Assembly: GCA_965221075.1 (NCBI GenBank)
Contig: OZ244865.1
Span: forward strand, 132,043-196,042
Reading direction: 5' to 3'
Length of the DNA stretch: 64,000 nt
DNA from: Limisphaerales bacterium
GTDB lineage: Bacteria; Verrucomicrobiota; Verrucomicrobiia; Limisphaerales; AAA164-E04
Below the pieces are notes generated by a model that saw only the letters and a program-made list of their open reading frames with translations, searched no databases and was not told the DNA's origin. This document shows, piece by piece, positions 19,039 through 30,785 of this stretch. The position numbers and the translations under genes were made by a program. Numbering within the stretch: the first letter of the stretch is position 1; each line of letters begins with the position of its first letter.

Positions 19039-21024
19039 CTACCGCCCCGAGAGTCGCTGGTGGAGGACGGGCTCGGGCACCAGGCCCAGATCGCCCACCT
19101 CGGCCTGCCAGGCTTCGAGGGCCGAGCGCATGGCCCGCAGGCGCTCCCGGTGCCCGGGGAGGCCGGCCAGGTTGACCGTCTCGTGGGGATCGGCCTGCGT
19201 GTCGTAGAGCTCCTCCAGCGGCTTTCGGGGGCGGAACCACAGGGACTGGACCGGATCGAGGCGGCCCTCCCGGTGGAGGCGCCGCAGATCCACCAGGGTG
19301 GGCATCCGGTCCATGTACTCCAGGTGCTGGGCGTAGGGACGGTGCGGCTCGTAGTTGCGGATGTAGCGGTAGCGGGCGTCCCTGGCCGAGCGCATCAGCT
19401 CGAGGGCCTCGTCCATGCGGTCGCGGTGGAAGAAGAGGTAGGGCGGGGCCGGCTGCCGGCCGGAGCCGAACAGGATCCGGCCGTGCATGTGGCCGGGGGG
19501 CTCCACCCCCGCCAGCGAGAGGACGGTGGGCGGGAGATCCTGGGTGGAGGCCAGCTCCCCTTCGACCGAGCCGGCCGCCAGCCGGCCGGGCCATCGGACG
19601 ATGAGCGGGATTCGGGTCCCCGAATCGTAGATCCACCGCTTGCCCCGGGGCAGCCCCCGGCCGTGGTCGCTCCAGAAGAACACCACGGTGCTGCCGGCCA
19701 GCCCGTCGGCCTCCAGGCGGGCGAGGATCCCGCCGGCCAGGCGATCCATCTCGGAGATGTTGTCGTGGTAGCGGGCCCAGTCCCTGCGGGCCTCGGGAGT
19801 GTCGGGATGGAAGGGAGGCAGGTGTCCGGAGGCCCGGTCCGGATCGTGGACCTGGGAGGGATCCAGGAGCGAAACCAGATCGGCGTGCCGCCCGTCCCCG
19901 TGGCGGATCTGGCTCTCGTGGGTGATGGTGAGGTTGATCACCGAGAAGAAGGGCTGGCCCGGCCGGCGCTCCCGCCAGTCCCGGTGGCCGCTTCCCTGGC
20001 GGTCCCACACCTGCGACAGGTCCATCGGGGTCTGGTAGTCGGTCTTGGACCGGTTGGTGCAGAAGTACCCCGCCCGGCGCAGGTAGCGGGGGAAGGCCTC
20101 CACCCCCGGTGGCAGGGGGACGCTGGTGCGCATGTGGTGGGCCCCGTAGGCCACCGCGTGCAGGCCGCTGACGATGCCGGCCCGGTTGACCGCGCAGACC
20201 CCCGAAGGGGTGAAGGCGCGGGTGTAGCGGACCCCCTGCGAGGCCAGCCGGTCCAGATGGGGGGTGGAGGCGTAGCCGTCCCCGTAGCATCCCAGGTTGG
20301 GACTGATGTCCTCGCAGCTGATCCAGAGGATGTTGGGCCGGAGGGCCGCCTGGTCCGCGGGCCGTGGAGCCGGGATCCCCTCGGGACGGAGGGGGCCCAG
20401 GTCGAGGGGCCGGTAGCTGCCTCCCTTGGGGCGGACATGGTTCTCCAGGGCCGTGTCCTGGCGGACGAGGCGGAGGGCGTTCCTGACCGCACCCCGGATG
20501 TGGTAGTCGCCCCTGCCGGTGTTGGCCCGGAGGACTTCCTCGAGGACCGGGAGGGCGGGGCGGGCCGGCGGGCCGATGCGGCCCAGGAAGTCGGCCGCCG
20601 CGCAGGCGACGCTGCGGTGGGGGACCCGCACCCCCTCCAGCAGACCCTCCAGGGAGGGGCGGCCCGGGCGGATCCGGCTCAGCGCGTAGTCGATGGCCAT
20701 GCGCACGGCCTGCGAGGCTCCGGAGCGGGCCTCCTCCAGGGCCGGAAGGGCGGAGCGGGCCTCCTCTCCCAGGTTCCCCAGGTGGTCGGCGGCCCAGTAG
20801 CGGGCGGCCGGATCCTCGTCCCCGAGCAGGAGGACCAGGCGGGGCAGGGCGGCGGCGCCGAAGGATCCCAGGGTCTTGACCGCGAGCAGGCGGACGGTGG
20901 CGTCCTCCGCCTCCAGGTCGGCCAGCCAGCCGTCCAGGGCGCGTCCGGCCACCCGGGGGGCCTCTGCCTGGAGGGGGTGGGCCGCCAGGAACGGCAGCAG
21001 GGACAGGAGCAGGGCGTGCTTCAT
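19039..21024 (-). CDS. Secreted HEAT-repeat + sulfatase (alkaline-phosphatase superfamily) fusion
   Basis: Start [20 protein letters not shown] is a signal peptide. N-terminal HEAT-like repeats (VRLLAVKTLGSFG, ARYWAADHLGNLG, VACAAADFLGRIG). The sulfatase core has NILWISCEDISPNLGCYGD, VCAVNRAGIVSG, FFWSDHG and KRWIYDSGTRIPLIVRWPG. Confidence 0.8.
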   Translation of the reverse strand: MKHALLLSLLPFLAAHPLQAEAPRVAGRALDGWLADLEAEDATVRLLAVKTLGSFGAAALPRLVLLLGDEDPAARYWAADHLGNLGEEARSALPALEEARSGASQAVRMAIDYALSRIRPGRPSLEGLLEGVRVPHRSVACAAADFLGRIGPPARPALPVLEEVLRANTGRGDYHIRGAVRNALRLVRQDTALENHVRPKGGSYRPLDLGPLRPEGIPAPRPADQAALRPNILWISCEDISPNLGCYGDGYASTPHLDRLASQGVRYTRAFTPSGVCAVNRAGIVSGLHAVAYGAHHMRTSVPLPPGVEAFPRYLRRAGYFCTNRSKTDYQTPMDLSQVWDRQGSGHRDWRERRPGQPFFSVINLTITHESQIRHGDGRHADLVSLLDPSQVHDPDRASGHLPPFHPDTPEARRDWARYHDNISEMDRLAGGILARLEADGLAGSTVVFFWSDHGRGLPRGKRWIYDSGTRIPLIVRWPGRLAAGSVEGELASTQDLPPTVLSLAGVEPPGHMHGRILFGSGRQPAPPYLFFHRDRMDEALELMRSARDARYRYIRNYEPHRPYAQHLEYMDRMPTLVDLRRLHREGRLDPVQSLWFRPRKPLEELYDTQADPHETVNLAGLPGHRERLRAMRSALEAWQAEVGDLGLVPEPVLHQRLSGR

Positions 21025-22208
21025 GGCGGCGAGGAGGCGGAGCCGGGCGGGTCGCAGAAGCCGCGCTCGGCCAGCCGGTCGAGGGTCCACCGGTACTCGG
21101 CGACCAGCTGGTCGGCCACGCTGCGCTGCTTGAGCTCGGCGGGAAGCGCCTCCCAGGTGTAGGTCTCCATCTCCAGGTGGGAGCAGAGGCCCGGATGATC
21201 CCTGAGGAAGTCCAGGGCTCCGGCGATGTGGTCCGAGGTGCTGGAGAACTCCCGGGAGGGCTCGGCGTGGAGGGGGATGTGGAAGTGGACGCGCCACTCC
21301 GAGCCCGGCGCTCCGCCCTCGCCCAGGGCCTGGGGCAGATCGTCGTGGCGGACGATCCGCCCGTCCCGCCTGCGCTCCACCACCTGGTGCAGCCAGACGT
21401 CGTCGGCCCACCCGGCCAGCCGGTCGCGCGCCTCCGGGCCGGCCTTTGCCCCGAGGGCCGAGCTGAGGTGGATCTTGGAGATCCGGATCCGGTGCTGGCG
21501 GAGGCGTCCTAGGGCCTCTCCCGCGTTCTCGTACTGCACCGCCAGGTGGCAGCAGTCGTAGTTGACCCCCAGGTGGTCCTCCAGGCGCAGGTCCCCGGGA
21601 CGCTCCCGCCGCATGCGCTCGAAGAAGCGCGCCGTCTGATCGCTGGTCTCCAGCCAGCAGCAGGGCTCCGGCTCCAGCCCCAGGTGCAGGATCCGGCCGC
21701 TGCGGCGGCGCGCCCGCTCGATGTGGTCGACGCACTTCCAGAGGTTGCGCTGGGCCGCCTGGACCCTGCGTCCGTCCTCGAGGTCGCGGCGCCAGCCCAC
21801 CGGGACGGTGCTCACGCTGCCCTCCTCCCCCTCCGGAAGGATCTCGGCGAGCAGATCGAAGAGCAGGCAGGTGTAGTCGAGGCGCTCGGGCGTGGTCCAG
21901 TCGGGCCGGTAGACCCGCTCCTTGACCCGGGTCCCGTGGAAGCGGCCGTAGGGGAAGCCGTTGAGGGAGACCACGTAGCAGCCCTCCCGGTCGAGCCACC
22001 GGCGGAAGGCGGCCGTCGCCGGGGGATCCGAGAGCTGCCTGGCGGCGTCCGCCCCCAGCCTCAGGCCGATGGCGTAGGGCCGTCCGGGGGCCACCCGGCG
22101 GCGCACCTGCAGGGTGTCGCGCTTGAGCGAGGCGAAGACCTCCTCCCAGCTCTCGCCGCGGTGGATGTTGGTGCAGTAGGCGAGGTGGAGCCCGTGCCGG
22201 AGCTTCAT
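21021..22208 (-). CDS. Xylose-isomerase-like TIM-barrel protein, EboE-like
   Basis: 395 aa starting [24 protein letters not shown]. Length and N-terminus resemble the EboE (metabolite traffic protein) family as I recall it. ATGA overlaps at both ends. The family call needs an HMM check. Confidence 0.6.
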   Translation of the reverse strand: MKLRHGLHLAYCTNIHRGESWEEVFASLKRDTLQVRRRVAPGRPYAIGLRLGADAARQLSDPPATAAFRRWLDREGCYVVSLNGFPYGRFHGTRVKERVYRPDWTTPERLDYTCLLFDLLAEILPEGEEGSVSTVPVGWRRDLEDGRRVQAAQRNLWKCVDHIERARRRSGRILHLGLEPEPCCWLETSDQTARFFERMRRERPGDLRLEDHLGVNYDCCHLAVQYENAGEALGRLRQHRIRISKIHLSSALGAKAGPEARDRLAGWADDVWLHQVVERRRDGRIVRHDDLPQALGEGGAPGSEWRVHFHIPLHAEPSREFSSTSDHIAGALDFLRDHPGLCSHLEMETYTWEALPAELKQRSVADQLVAEYRWTLDRLAERGFCDPPGSASSPP

Positions 22209-23011
22209 TCCGGGACCCGGAAGGCGGGAGACTGCGAGAGGAACTCCACGGGATTGCTCCAGGCCACCTTGCGGATCCAGTCGTCGGAGTGGCCCCTGCG
22301 CCGCATCGCCTGCATGGTGGCGGGCACGGCCAGGGGGACGCTGGCCCCCCAGTCGCAGGCGCTGTTCATCCAGATGCGGTCCCTGCCGTAGATCTCCAGC
22401 ATGTCGATGGCCCGCTCGGGGCTGCACTTGGACTCGGGATAGAGGGTCATCCCCGCCCAGAACCCGGCATCGAGCACCATGCCGATGGTGTGCTCCTCGA
22501 CATGGTCGACGATGCACCGCCCGGGACTGACGCGGGGCTCGCTGCGCAGGGCGTCCAGGATCAGCCGGGTCCCCTTCAGCTTGTCCTCCAGGTGCGGGGT
22601 GTGGACCAGGATCATGGCGTCGTGACTGGCCGCCAGATCGATGTGCCATTCCAGGACCTTCAGCTCGTTGCGGCTGTTCTTGTTGAGCCCGATCTCGCCG
22701 ATCCCCAGCACGTTGGGACTGCCGAGGAAGCCGGGGATCAGGGAGAGCACCTCCCGGGCCAGGCCCAGATCCTCGGCCTCCTTGGGGTTCAGGCACAGCC
22801 AGGAGTAGTGGGCCATCCCGTACTTGGCCGCCCGCCGGGGCTCGTGCTCGGTCAGCTGACGGAAGTAGTCCCGGAAGCCCTCGGCGCTTCCCCGGTCGAA
22901 GCCCGCCCAGAAGGCCGGCTCGCAGACCGCCCGGCACCCCGCCATGGCCATCGACTGGTAGTCGTCGGTGGTGCGGCTGACCATGTGCCCGTGGGGCTCG
23001 ATGTACCTCAT
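22205..23011 (-). CDS. TatD-family metal-dependent hydrolase (EboB-like)
   Basis: 268 aa starting [18 protein letters not shown], followed by GIGEIGLN and ILVHTPH. These are amidohydrolase/TatD-type His motifs. Confidence 0.7.
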   Translation of the reverse strand: MRYIEPHGHMVSRTTDDYQSMAMAGCRAVCEPAFWAGFDRGSAEGFRDYFRQLTEHEPRRAAKYGMAHYSWLCLNPKEAEDLGLAREVLSLIPGFLGSPNVLGIGEIGLNKNSRNELKVLEWHIDLAASHDAMILVHTPHLEDKLKGTRLILDALRSEPRVSPGRCIVDHVEEHTIGMVLDAGFWAGMTLYPESKCSPERAIDMLEIYGRDRIWMNSACDWGASVPLAVPATMQAMRRRGHSDDWIRKVAWSNPVEFLSQSPAFRVPE

Positions 23012-23274
23012 GGAGGGGGAGGCCAGGCGCCGCAGGCGGGCGAGGGGGGCGCGGGATCCACCGGCTCCCGGGTCGGATCGGAGAAGATCCTGAGGACCTC
23101 CCCGGCCCGGTCCGGCTCCCTCCGGGAAAGCGTCCCGAGCGCCTGGCGGAAGGCCTCGAGGCGGAAGTCCTCCTCGCCCTGGGCGCGATCCAGCCGGTCC
23201 AGGAAGGCGGCCAGATCCACCAGCTTGTGACGGGCGTCGAGGAAGTACAGATCCAGCAGCCTTCTCCGCGTCAT
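23008..23274 (-). CDS. Small hypothetical protein, first gene of the TatD/TIM-barrel/sulfatase operon
   Basis: 88 aa from [28 protein letters not shown], predicted helical. Its stop overlaps the TatD ATG (ATGA). The upstream in-frame ATG at 23385 looks less protein-like. Confidence 0.35.
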   Translation of the reverse strand: MTRRRLLDLYFLDARHKLVDLAAFLDRLDRAQGEEDFRLEAFRQALGTLSRREPDRAGEVLRIFSDPTREPVDPAPPSPACGAWPPPP

Positions 23275-23437
23275 CAGGGGCCGGCCATGGTAGGAAGCGG
23301 GGGAAACGGGATTCAAGCGTGTTCTGCGCCGCCTCCCAGAGCGCCGCCCCCCCAGAGGCGCGGCGTAACCCGGAGAGCCCGCCATCCGTCTTGATTCTGG
23401 ACGGGATTGCCCTACTCATTGGCGCATCCGCACCGCC

Positions 23438-25156
23438 TTGATCCGCGAAACGCCCAGACGCACGATCCTTCCAGCCCTGGCGTCCCTGGCCCTGCTCCTC
23501 TCCTCCTGCAGCCCGGGGCGCCACCAGGAGCGCGCCGACCTCGAGGCCTACCGGATCCTGGAGGACTACGGGGTGGAGGAGCTGGGCGCCGAGGGCCCGT
23601 TCACCATCGACACCCCGCGCTCCGGGCGCGATCCCGGATCCATCGGGGCCGGGGAGATCGTCGCCGAGCGCCAGTCGGCCGGCAGCCTGGACCTGGATCT
23701 GGAGGGGGCCCTCGACCTGGCCGTGCGCAGCAGCCGGGAGTACCAGAGCCAGAAGGAGAGCCTCTACCTGGCCGCCCTCTCCCTGAGCGGGGAACGCTAC
23801 CGCTGGCGCCCCTGGTGGCGGTCGGCCACCGCCACCGCCAGCCGCTCCCGCGACGCCGGGGGCGTGCAGTCGGGACGGGCCGGCGGGCGCCTTTCGGTGG
23901 GACAGCTGCTGATGTCGGGCGCCAGCCTCGGCGCCACCCTGGCCACCGACCTGGCCCGCTTCTACACCGGGGATCCCAGGCGCACCGCCACCAGCGTGCT
24001 CTCGGCCGACATCGTCCAGCCCCTGCTGCGCGGAGCGGGCCGGAAGGTGGCCCAGGAGCAGCTCAAGCAGAGCGAGCGGAACGTGATCTACGCGATCCGG
24101 GACTTCAGCCACTTCCAGCGGCGGTTCTCGGTCCAGGTGGTCTCCGACTACTTCGGACTGCTCCAGCAGCAGGACACGGTGCGCAACCGCTTCAAGGACT
24201 ACCAGAGCCGGACCAACACCACCTCCCGCCTGGAGTCGAGGGCGCAGGCCGGCCTGGAGACCATCGTGGGCGTGGGCCAGGCCAGGCAGGCCGAGCTCTC
24301 GGCCCGCAACAGCTACCTGAACACCGTGAGCTCCTACTTCATCCGCCTCAACGAGTTCAAGCTCAGGCTGGGCATCCCCCTCTCCCACGATCTGAGGCTC
24401 GACGCCGGGGATCTGGAGGCCCTGGACCAGCGGGGGCTGATCCCGGTCCCCGTCTCCCTGGAGGAGGGCTTCCGCATCTCGATCGCCAGAAACCTGGAGG
24501 TGCTCAACGCCATCGACCGCTACGAGGACAGCCGCCGCCAGGTGGATATCGCCGCCGACCGCCTCCGGCCCGGCCTCGACCTCTGGGCCGACGCCTCGCT
24601 GTCCAGCGAGGGCCCCACCGACTACGCCGACTTCGATCCCTCCCGGATCCGGTACTCGGCCGGGATCGACCTCGACCTGCCCGTCGGCCGCGTGGAGGAG
24701 CGCAACCAGTACCGCGCCACCCTGATCCGCTTCGAGGCGGCCATCCGCACCCTGTCCCAGGTCCTGGACAGCCGCCGCAACGACGTCGAGAACGGCATCG
24801 AGGCGATGAAGACCTTCGCCGAGAACCACCGCATCCAGGGCCTGGCCGTGGATCTGGCCGAGGAGCGGGTGGAGAGCGCCGACCTCAACTACCAGGCGGG
24901 GCGGGCCACGGTGCGGGACCTGGTGGAGGCCCAGGACGAGCTGCTCGCCGCCCGCAACGCCTATTCGGCCGCCCTTGTGGACTACCTGGTGGCCCGGCTA
25001 TACTTCCTCCTCGACCTGGGCGTCCTGGACACCCAGGAGGAGGGCTACTGGCTGAGCGGGAGGGCCTCCGCCCTGGAGCTGGGCGACGCCCCGGCCCGGG
25101 ACCCCGGCGGCGAGCCGATCGTCCCTCCCGACCAGCTCTTCGGACCGATGCAATGA
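23438..25156 (+). CDS. tolC: TolC-family outer-membrane efflux lipoprotein
   Basis: 572 aa. Lipobox LLLSSC. Two long alpha-helical/coiled repeats typical of outer-membrane factors. Heads an operon with MacA- and MacB-like genes. Confidence 0.75.
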   Translation: MIRETPRRTILPALASLALLLSSCSPGRHQERADLEAYRILEDYGVEELGAEGPFTIDTPRSGRDPGSIGAGEIVAERQSAGSLDLDLEGALDLAVRSSREYQSQKESLYLAALSLSGERYRWRPWWRSATATASRSRDAGGVQSGRAGGRLSVGQLLMSGASLGATLATDLARFYTGDPRRTATSVLSADIVQPLLRGAGRKVAQEQLKQSERNVIYAIRDFSHFQRRFSVQVVSDYFGLLQQQDTVRNRFKDYQSRTNTTSRLESRAQAGLETIVGVGQARQAELSARNSYLNTVSSYFIRLNEFKLRLGIPLSHDLRLDAGDLEALDQRGLIPVPVSLEEGFRISIARNLEVLNAIDRYEDSRRQVDIAADRLRPGLDLWADASLSSEGPTDYADFDPSRIRYSAGIDLDLPVGRVEERNQYRATLIRFEAAIRTLSQVLDSRRNDVENGIEAMKTFAENHRIQGLAVDLAEERVESADLNYQAGRATVRDLVEAQDELLAARNAYSAALVDYLVARLYFLLDLGVLDTQEEGYWLSGRASALELGDAPARDPGGEPIVPPDQLFGPMQ

Positions 25157-26888
25157 TGAAGCTCCTCGACACCCTCGGACGGACGGCGCGGAAGCGCCCC
25201 GTGCTCTCCGGCCTGCTGGCCGCGGTCCCGATCGTCGTGGCGGGGGTCCTGCTCCGGAGCGGGGCCGAGGCCTCGGCGGCCAGGTACCACACGGTGGAAC
25301 GCGGCAACTTCCTGGTCTCGATCGTCGAGGGAGGCAACCTGGAGGCGGTCAACGAGGTGGTGGTGCGCAACGAGGTCGAAGGCTCGGCGCGCATCGTCTA
25401 CCTGATCCCCGAGGGCACCCAGGTCAGGAAGGGGGACCTGCTGGTGGAGCTCGACTCGGCCGAGGCCGAGGAGAAGCTGAACCAGCAGGAGATCGCCTAC
25501 GAGAAGGCCAAGGCCGCCTTCGTCCAGGCCGAGAACGACCTGGAGATCCAGAAGAGCGTGGTCCAGAGCGAGATCGACGCGGCGCAGCTCAGGCTCGACT
25601 TCGCCATCATCGAGCAGCAGAAGTTCAAGGAGGGGGCCCGCAGGCAGCAGATCCGGGAGGCGGAGATCTCCATCCAGAGCACCGAGGAGAGCCTGCTCCT
25701 GGCCAAGGAGGAGCTGGACTGGTCGCGCCGGCTCTTCGATCAGGGCTTCGAGACCAAGAGCGTGGTCGACAAGGGGGAGCTGGGGGTCCTCAAGCAGGAG
25801 CTGGAGCTGGAGAAGGCGCGCACCAACCTCTGGATGCTGGTCTCCTTCGACATCCCCAAGCAGGAGAAGCAGTTCGTGTCGGACGTGGAGGAGGCGCGCA
25901 AGGAGCTGGAGCGGGTCCGGAAGCAGGGCGAGAGCAGGCTGACCCAGTACGAGACCGACCTGACCACCGAGAAGAACACCCTGGAGCTCAACCTCCAGAA
26001 GCTGGAGAACGACCGGGAGCAGCTGACCAACACCAGGATCCACGCCCCCCAGGACGGATTCGTGGTCTACGCCATCTCCAGCAGCCGCTTCAGCAGCGAG
26101 ACCCTGGTGGAGGAGGGAGCCACGGTCCGCAACCGGCAGAACCTGATCAAGCTTCCCGACACCTCGCGGATGAAGGTCGAGGTGAAGATCCACGAGTCCC
26201 ACATCGGCAAGGTCTCCAAGGGGCTGGTGGCCTACGTGGTCCTCGACTCCGACCCCGACTCCCGCTACCGGGGCATCGTCACCCGGGTGGCCACCCTGCC
26301 CGACACCCAGAGCCGGTGGGCCAACCCCAACCTCAAGGTCTACTCCACCGAGGTGGAGATCACCGATCCCCTGCCCGACCTGAAGCCGGGGGTCTCGGCC
26401 AACGTGGAGGTGGTGATCACCAACATCGCCGACACCATCAAGGTCCCCATCCAGTCGGTCACCTCGGTCGGCGGGCGGCAGGTCTGCTTCCTGCCGGGCG
26501 ACCCTCCCCGCCCGGTCCCGGTGGAGGTGGGGCTGTTCAACTCGCGCCAAATCCAGATCACCGCCGGGCTGGAGGAGGGGGACCTGATCCTGCTCTCCCC
26601 CCCTCTGGACTCCGAGGTGTTGGATCTGGAAGGGGAGATCCTGGAGGAGAGCCAGGTGACCGCGGCGGACCTGGAGCCGGACCCCGGGGCCAGGAAGAGG
26701 CTGGAGTCCGGAGCCGAGCCGGAGCCGCCCGGAAGGAACGCCCGCGAGGAGTTCATCAAGCGCTTCGACGCCGACGGGGACGGCGAACTGAGCGAGTCCG
26801 AGATGAAGGCGGCGAGAGAGGCGGCGGGGAACGCCTCCGGAGGCGGGGGCCGGCCCCGGGGAGGCGGAGCCGGCAGGCCCGGAACTCA

Positions 26889-26892
<4 letters not shown>
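25153..26892 (+). CDS. macA: HlyD/MacA-type periplasmic adaptor with a long coiled coil and a C-terminal EF-hand
   Basis: The ATG at 25153 overlaps the tolC stop. N-terminal TM helix, biotinyl-lipoyl-like block GTQVRKGDLLVELD, a long heptad region, and a beta-barrel region HAPQDGFVVY. The C-terminal tail contains DADGDGELSESE. Confidence 0.8.
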
Positions 26893-27658
<766 letters not shown>

Positions 27659-27662
<4 letters not shown>

Positions 27663-28990
27663 CGGGGGGATCCCGGCCCTCCAGGGGCCTGCCGCGGGCC
27701 GGGCGCTACCTGAGCATCGTCCGCCTGGGGGTCAAGAGCCTGATGCTGCACAAGCTGCGCAGCGGGCTCACCATGCTGGGCATCATCTTCGGGGTCTGCT
27801 CGGTGATCGTGATGCTGGCCATCGGCGAGGGGGCCTCCTACGAGGCGCAGGAGGCGATCAAGAAGCTGGGCAGCAACAACATCATCCTGCGCAGCCTGAA
27901 GCCTCCCGAGGAGGCCCCCGACGCCGGAGGGGGCTCGCGGCGCTCCTTCGAGCTGGTCTACGGCCTGACCTACGCCGACGGGGCCCGCATCCAGGAGACC
28001 ATCCCGGGAGTGCGCCGCGTGCTCCCGGTCCGCGTCGTGCGGGAGAACGTCCGCTTCGGCGAGTTCGTGGAGCCCTGCCAGGTCGTCGGCACCACCCCGC
28101 TCTACCCGCGCATAACCGGGGCCGAGGTGGCCCGAGGACGCTTCATCAGCCACACCGACCAGAAGCACCAGCAGAACGTCTGCACCCTGACCGTGGGGCT
28201 GGCCCGCCGCCTCTTCCCCTACCAGGATCCCCTGACCCAGTCGGTCAAGGTGGCCGGGGTCTACTACCAGGTGGTGGGGCTGGTGCGCGAGACCGGCGCC
28301 GGGGACCAGCGCCCCCAGAAGGGGGAGATGGAGGGCGAGCCCCTCGACAACAACGTCTACATCCCCCTCTCCACCCACCGCTCGCGCATGGGGGAGCTGA
28401 TCCTCAAGCGCCTCTCCAGCGGCTTCGGGATGGAGGCCGAGCGGGTGGAGCTGCACGAGATCGTGGTCCAGATGGAGGATCTGGAGTCGGTGGAGGTGGT
28501 CGATCCCCAGATCCGCTCCCTGCTGGACCGCTTCCACGACCAGGACGACTACGAGATCATCGTTCCCCTGCAGCTCCTGCGGCAGGCCGAGCGCACCAAG
28601 CGCATCTTCAACATCGTCCTGGGCTCCATCGCCGCCATCTCGCTGCTGGTGGGCGGCATCGGGATCATGAACATCATGCTGGCCACGGTGACCGAGCGGA
28701 CCCGGGAGATCGGGATCCGCCGCGCCCTGGGGGCCCGCAAGCGGGACATCACCACCCAGTTCCTGGTGGAGACGGTGGCCCTCTCGGCGGGGGGCGGGCT
28801 GATCGGGGTTCTGGTGGGCGTGAGCGCCCCGTTCCTGGTCTCGAGCCTGGCCGACATGGAGGTCATCGTGACCCTCTGGTCGGTGGTCCTGGCCTTCGGC
28901 ATCTCGGGGGCCGTCGGCGTGGCCTTCGGGCTCTATCCGGCCTCGGCGGCCGCCGAGCTGGATCCGATCGAGGCCCTGCGGCACGAGTAG
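27659..28990 (+). CDS. MacB/FtsX-family ABC transporter permease
   Basis: 443 aa. N-terminal TM helix, a large periplasmic domain, and a C-terminal FtsX block: EIGIRRALGARKRDITTQFLVE...YPASAAAELDPIEALRHE. Confidence 0.85.
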
Positions 28991-29007
28991 CGCCCCCCCG
29001 GGCTCCG

Positions 29008-30408
29008 CTACCGGGCCGCGGGCGGACCGCCTTCCTGCCGGGAGGCGTCCTCCGGGGGAAGGCCTCCGGCCCGGCCCTCCGTCCAGAGCCGGAGGTTCTC
29101 CAGCCTGAGCCGGCCGTGGGCGAAGTAGAGCGGCCCCAGCGACTCCATGCGCCGGGCGTACAGGCCGGCCAGGTCCTCCCGCTCGGGGGGAGGGCCCGGC
29201 GCCAGGACCGCGGCCAGGGCCTCGGCGACGGCCTGGTGCCCCCGGATCGAGGGGTGGACGTGGTCCACCAGGAGGTCGCTTCCCAGGATCCCGAAGGGGC
29301 TCTCCGCCTCCAGGAGGGCCTGGGCGTCGATCAGGGGGAGGCGGGCGCGGCGGGCCACCCCGGCGAGGGTCTCCCGCTCCGACTCGAGCATGCGCAGGGG
29401 GCACACGTCGAGCTCCTTGGCCCGCAGGAAGGCCTCCCGGGCCTCGGGGCCGCGTCCCAGGGACTCGAGCATGGTGCCGAGGGCGAAGTGGGCGTGGGCG
29501 TAGAGGGGGTCCAGGGCGATGGCCCGCTCCAGAAGGGCGGCCGCCCCGAGGGGATCCCGGCCGTAGAGCGAGCGCGCCCCGGCGGCCAGCTCCTCCCACC
29601 GCTCCCTCTCCTCCGGCAGCAGGCCCTCCCGGTGCACCGACTTGAAGGGAGGGCAGCTGCGCAGGTTGGCCGGGGGGGCCACCAGGACCAGGGGCACGCC
29701 CGCCTCGTCGCACATCCGGGCCATGGCCTCCAGGTTGCGGCGGAACTGCCGCCCCACCTCCCGCCTCCAGGCGGGATCCCTGCGGTAGGCCTCCAGCCCG
29801 CCCCGGTGGTCGAGCAGCGCGTCCACCTCCGCCGGAAGCGCCCTCCGGAGCGGCTCCTGGCGGGGCCGCCCCCGGAGGAGGCGGTAGAGTCGCAGCGAGG
29901 AGAGCCCGTAGGGATCCTGGCGCCGGACCTCCTGGCGCTCGAGGAACTCGTTGTGCCCGGTGCACAGGACGATCCAGTCGGGGCGGTAGCGCTCCAGGCA
30001 CTCCCGCAGCACCGGCAGGAGGCGGTAGCTGGCGTAGGAGACGCCGCCGCAGTTGACCACCTCGACCTCGCGGGGGGCGAGGCGCCGGGCCAGGATCAGC
30101 TCCAGCCAGGCGGGAAAGGCGGTCTCGGGCCCCCAGGGGCGCCCCTGGACGGTGGAGCCGCCCAGGACGAAGATCCGGAGGGCGCCCTCCCGCTTCCCGG
30201 CCCTGAACGACACGCGCGCGAAGTGGCTGGTGCGGACGGCCGCGGTGCGGAACTCCCCGCCGGAGAGCTCGAAGAGGGGGCCGGTCCCGGCGAGGGGCGG
30301 CCCCGGACCGGCCCTCTCGGACCAGCGGAGCGCCCCCTCGGCCAGGGCCAGCAGCAGAAGGCCGAGCGCCGCCGATCCCAGGCGGAGGATCCACCGCCTG
30401 GCCCTCAC
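29008..30408 (-). CDS. Membrane-anchored SGNH/GDSL-like hydrolase fold + TPR protein
   Basis: GTG start at 30408, overlapping the moaE stop (GTGA). N-terminal TM helix RRWILRLGSAALGLLLLALA. RIFVLGGSTVQG (a GDS-like block) and LCTGHNEF. C-terminal TPR-like HAHFALGTMLESLGRGPEAREAFLRAKELD. Confidence 0.5.
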   Translation of the reverse strand: MRARRWILRLGSAALGLLLLALAEGALRWSERAGPGPPLAGTGPLFELSGGEFRTAAVRTSHFARVSFRAGKREGALRIFVLGGSTVQGRPWGPETAFPAWLELILARRLAPREVEVVNCGGVSYASYRLLPVLRECLERYRPDWIVLCTGHNEFLERQEVRRQDPYGLSSLRLYRLLRGRPRQEPLRRALPAEVDALLDHRGGLEAYRRDPAWRREVGRQFRRNLEAMARMCDEAGVPLVLVAPPANLRSCPPFKSVHREGLLPEERERWEELAAGARSLYGRDPLGAAALLERAIALDPLYAHAHFALGTMLESLGRGPEAREAFLRAKELDVCPLRMLESERETLAGVARRARLPLIDAQALLEAESPFGILGSDLLVDHVHPSIRGHQAVAEALAAVLAPGPPPEREDLAGLYARRMESLGPLYFAHGRLRLENLRLWTEGRAGGLPPEDASRQEGGPPAAR

Positions 30409-30785
30409 CGGGGATGCTTCCAGACGGGAACCCTCCGCTTCATCTGGTCGATGATCCACGCGGTCGCGGCGAAGGCCTCCTGCCGATGGGGGGCCGCCAC
30501 CTCCAGCGAGAGCGAGGCCTCGCCCACGGCCACCCGTCCGGCGCTGTGCGCCACCCGGACCGACTCCAGGGGCCACCGCCCCCCGGCCTCGTCGAGGATC
30601 CGGTGGAACTGGCGGAGGGCCATGGGGCGGTGGACCTCGTACTCGATCGCCTCGATGGCCCGCCCCTGCTCGTCGGCCCGGACCACTCCCAGGAAGCGGA
30701 CCACCGCCCCCGACCGGCCCGAGGCGGGCGGAGGGGAGGGGGCGCCGTCCAGGGGCCCCTCGGCCAGGATCACCTCGCGCCTCAT
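30405..30785 (-). CDS. moaE: Molybdopterin synthase catalytic subunit
   Basis: 126 aa: GAVVRFLGVVRADEQGRAIEAIEYEVHRPMA...SLEVAAPHRQEAFAATAWIIDQMKRRVPVWKH, the MoaE pattern. Confidence 0.8.
   Translation of the reverse strand: MRREVILAEGPLDGAPSPPPASGRSGAVVRFLGVVRADEQGRAIEAIEYEVHRPMALRQFHRILDEAGGRWPLESVRVAHSAGRVAVGEASLSLEVAAPHRQEAFAATAWIIDQMKRRVPVWKHPR

Noticed and set aside
23008-23274. Calling the small first ORF of the TatD/TIM-barrel operon EboA
   Set aside because: At 88 aa (125 aa with the upstream ATG) it is much shorter than the EboA proteins I recall, and I recognise no shared motif. It is left as hypothetical.
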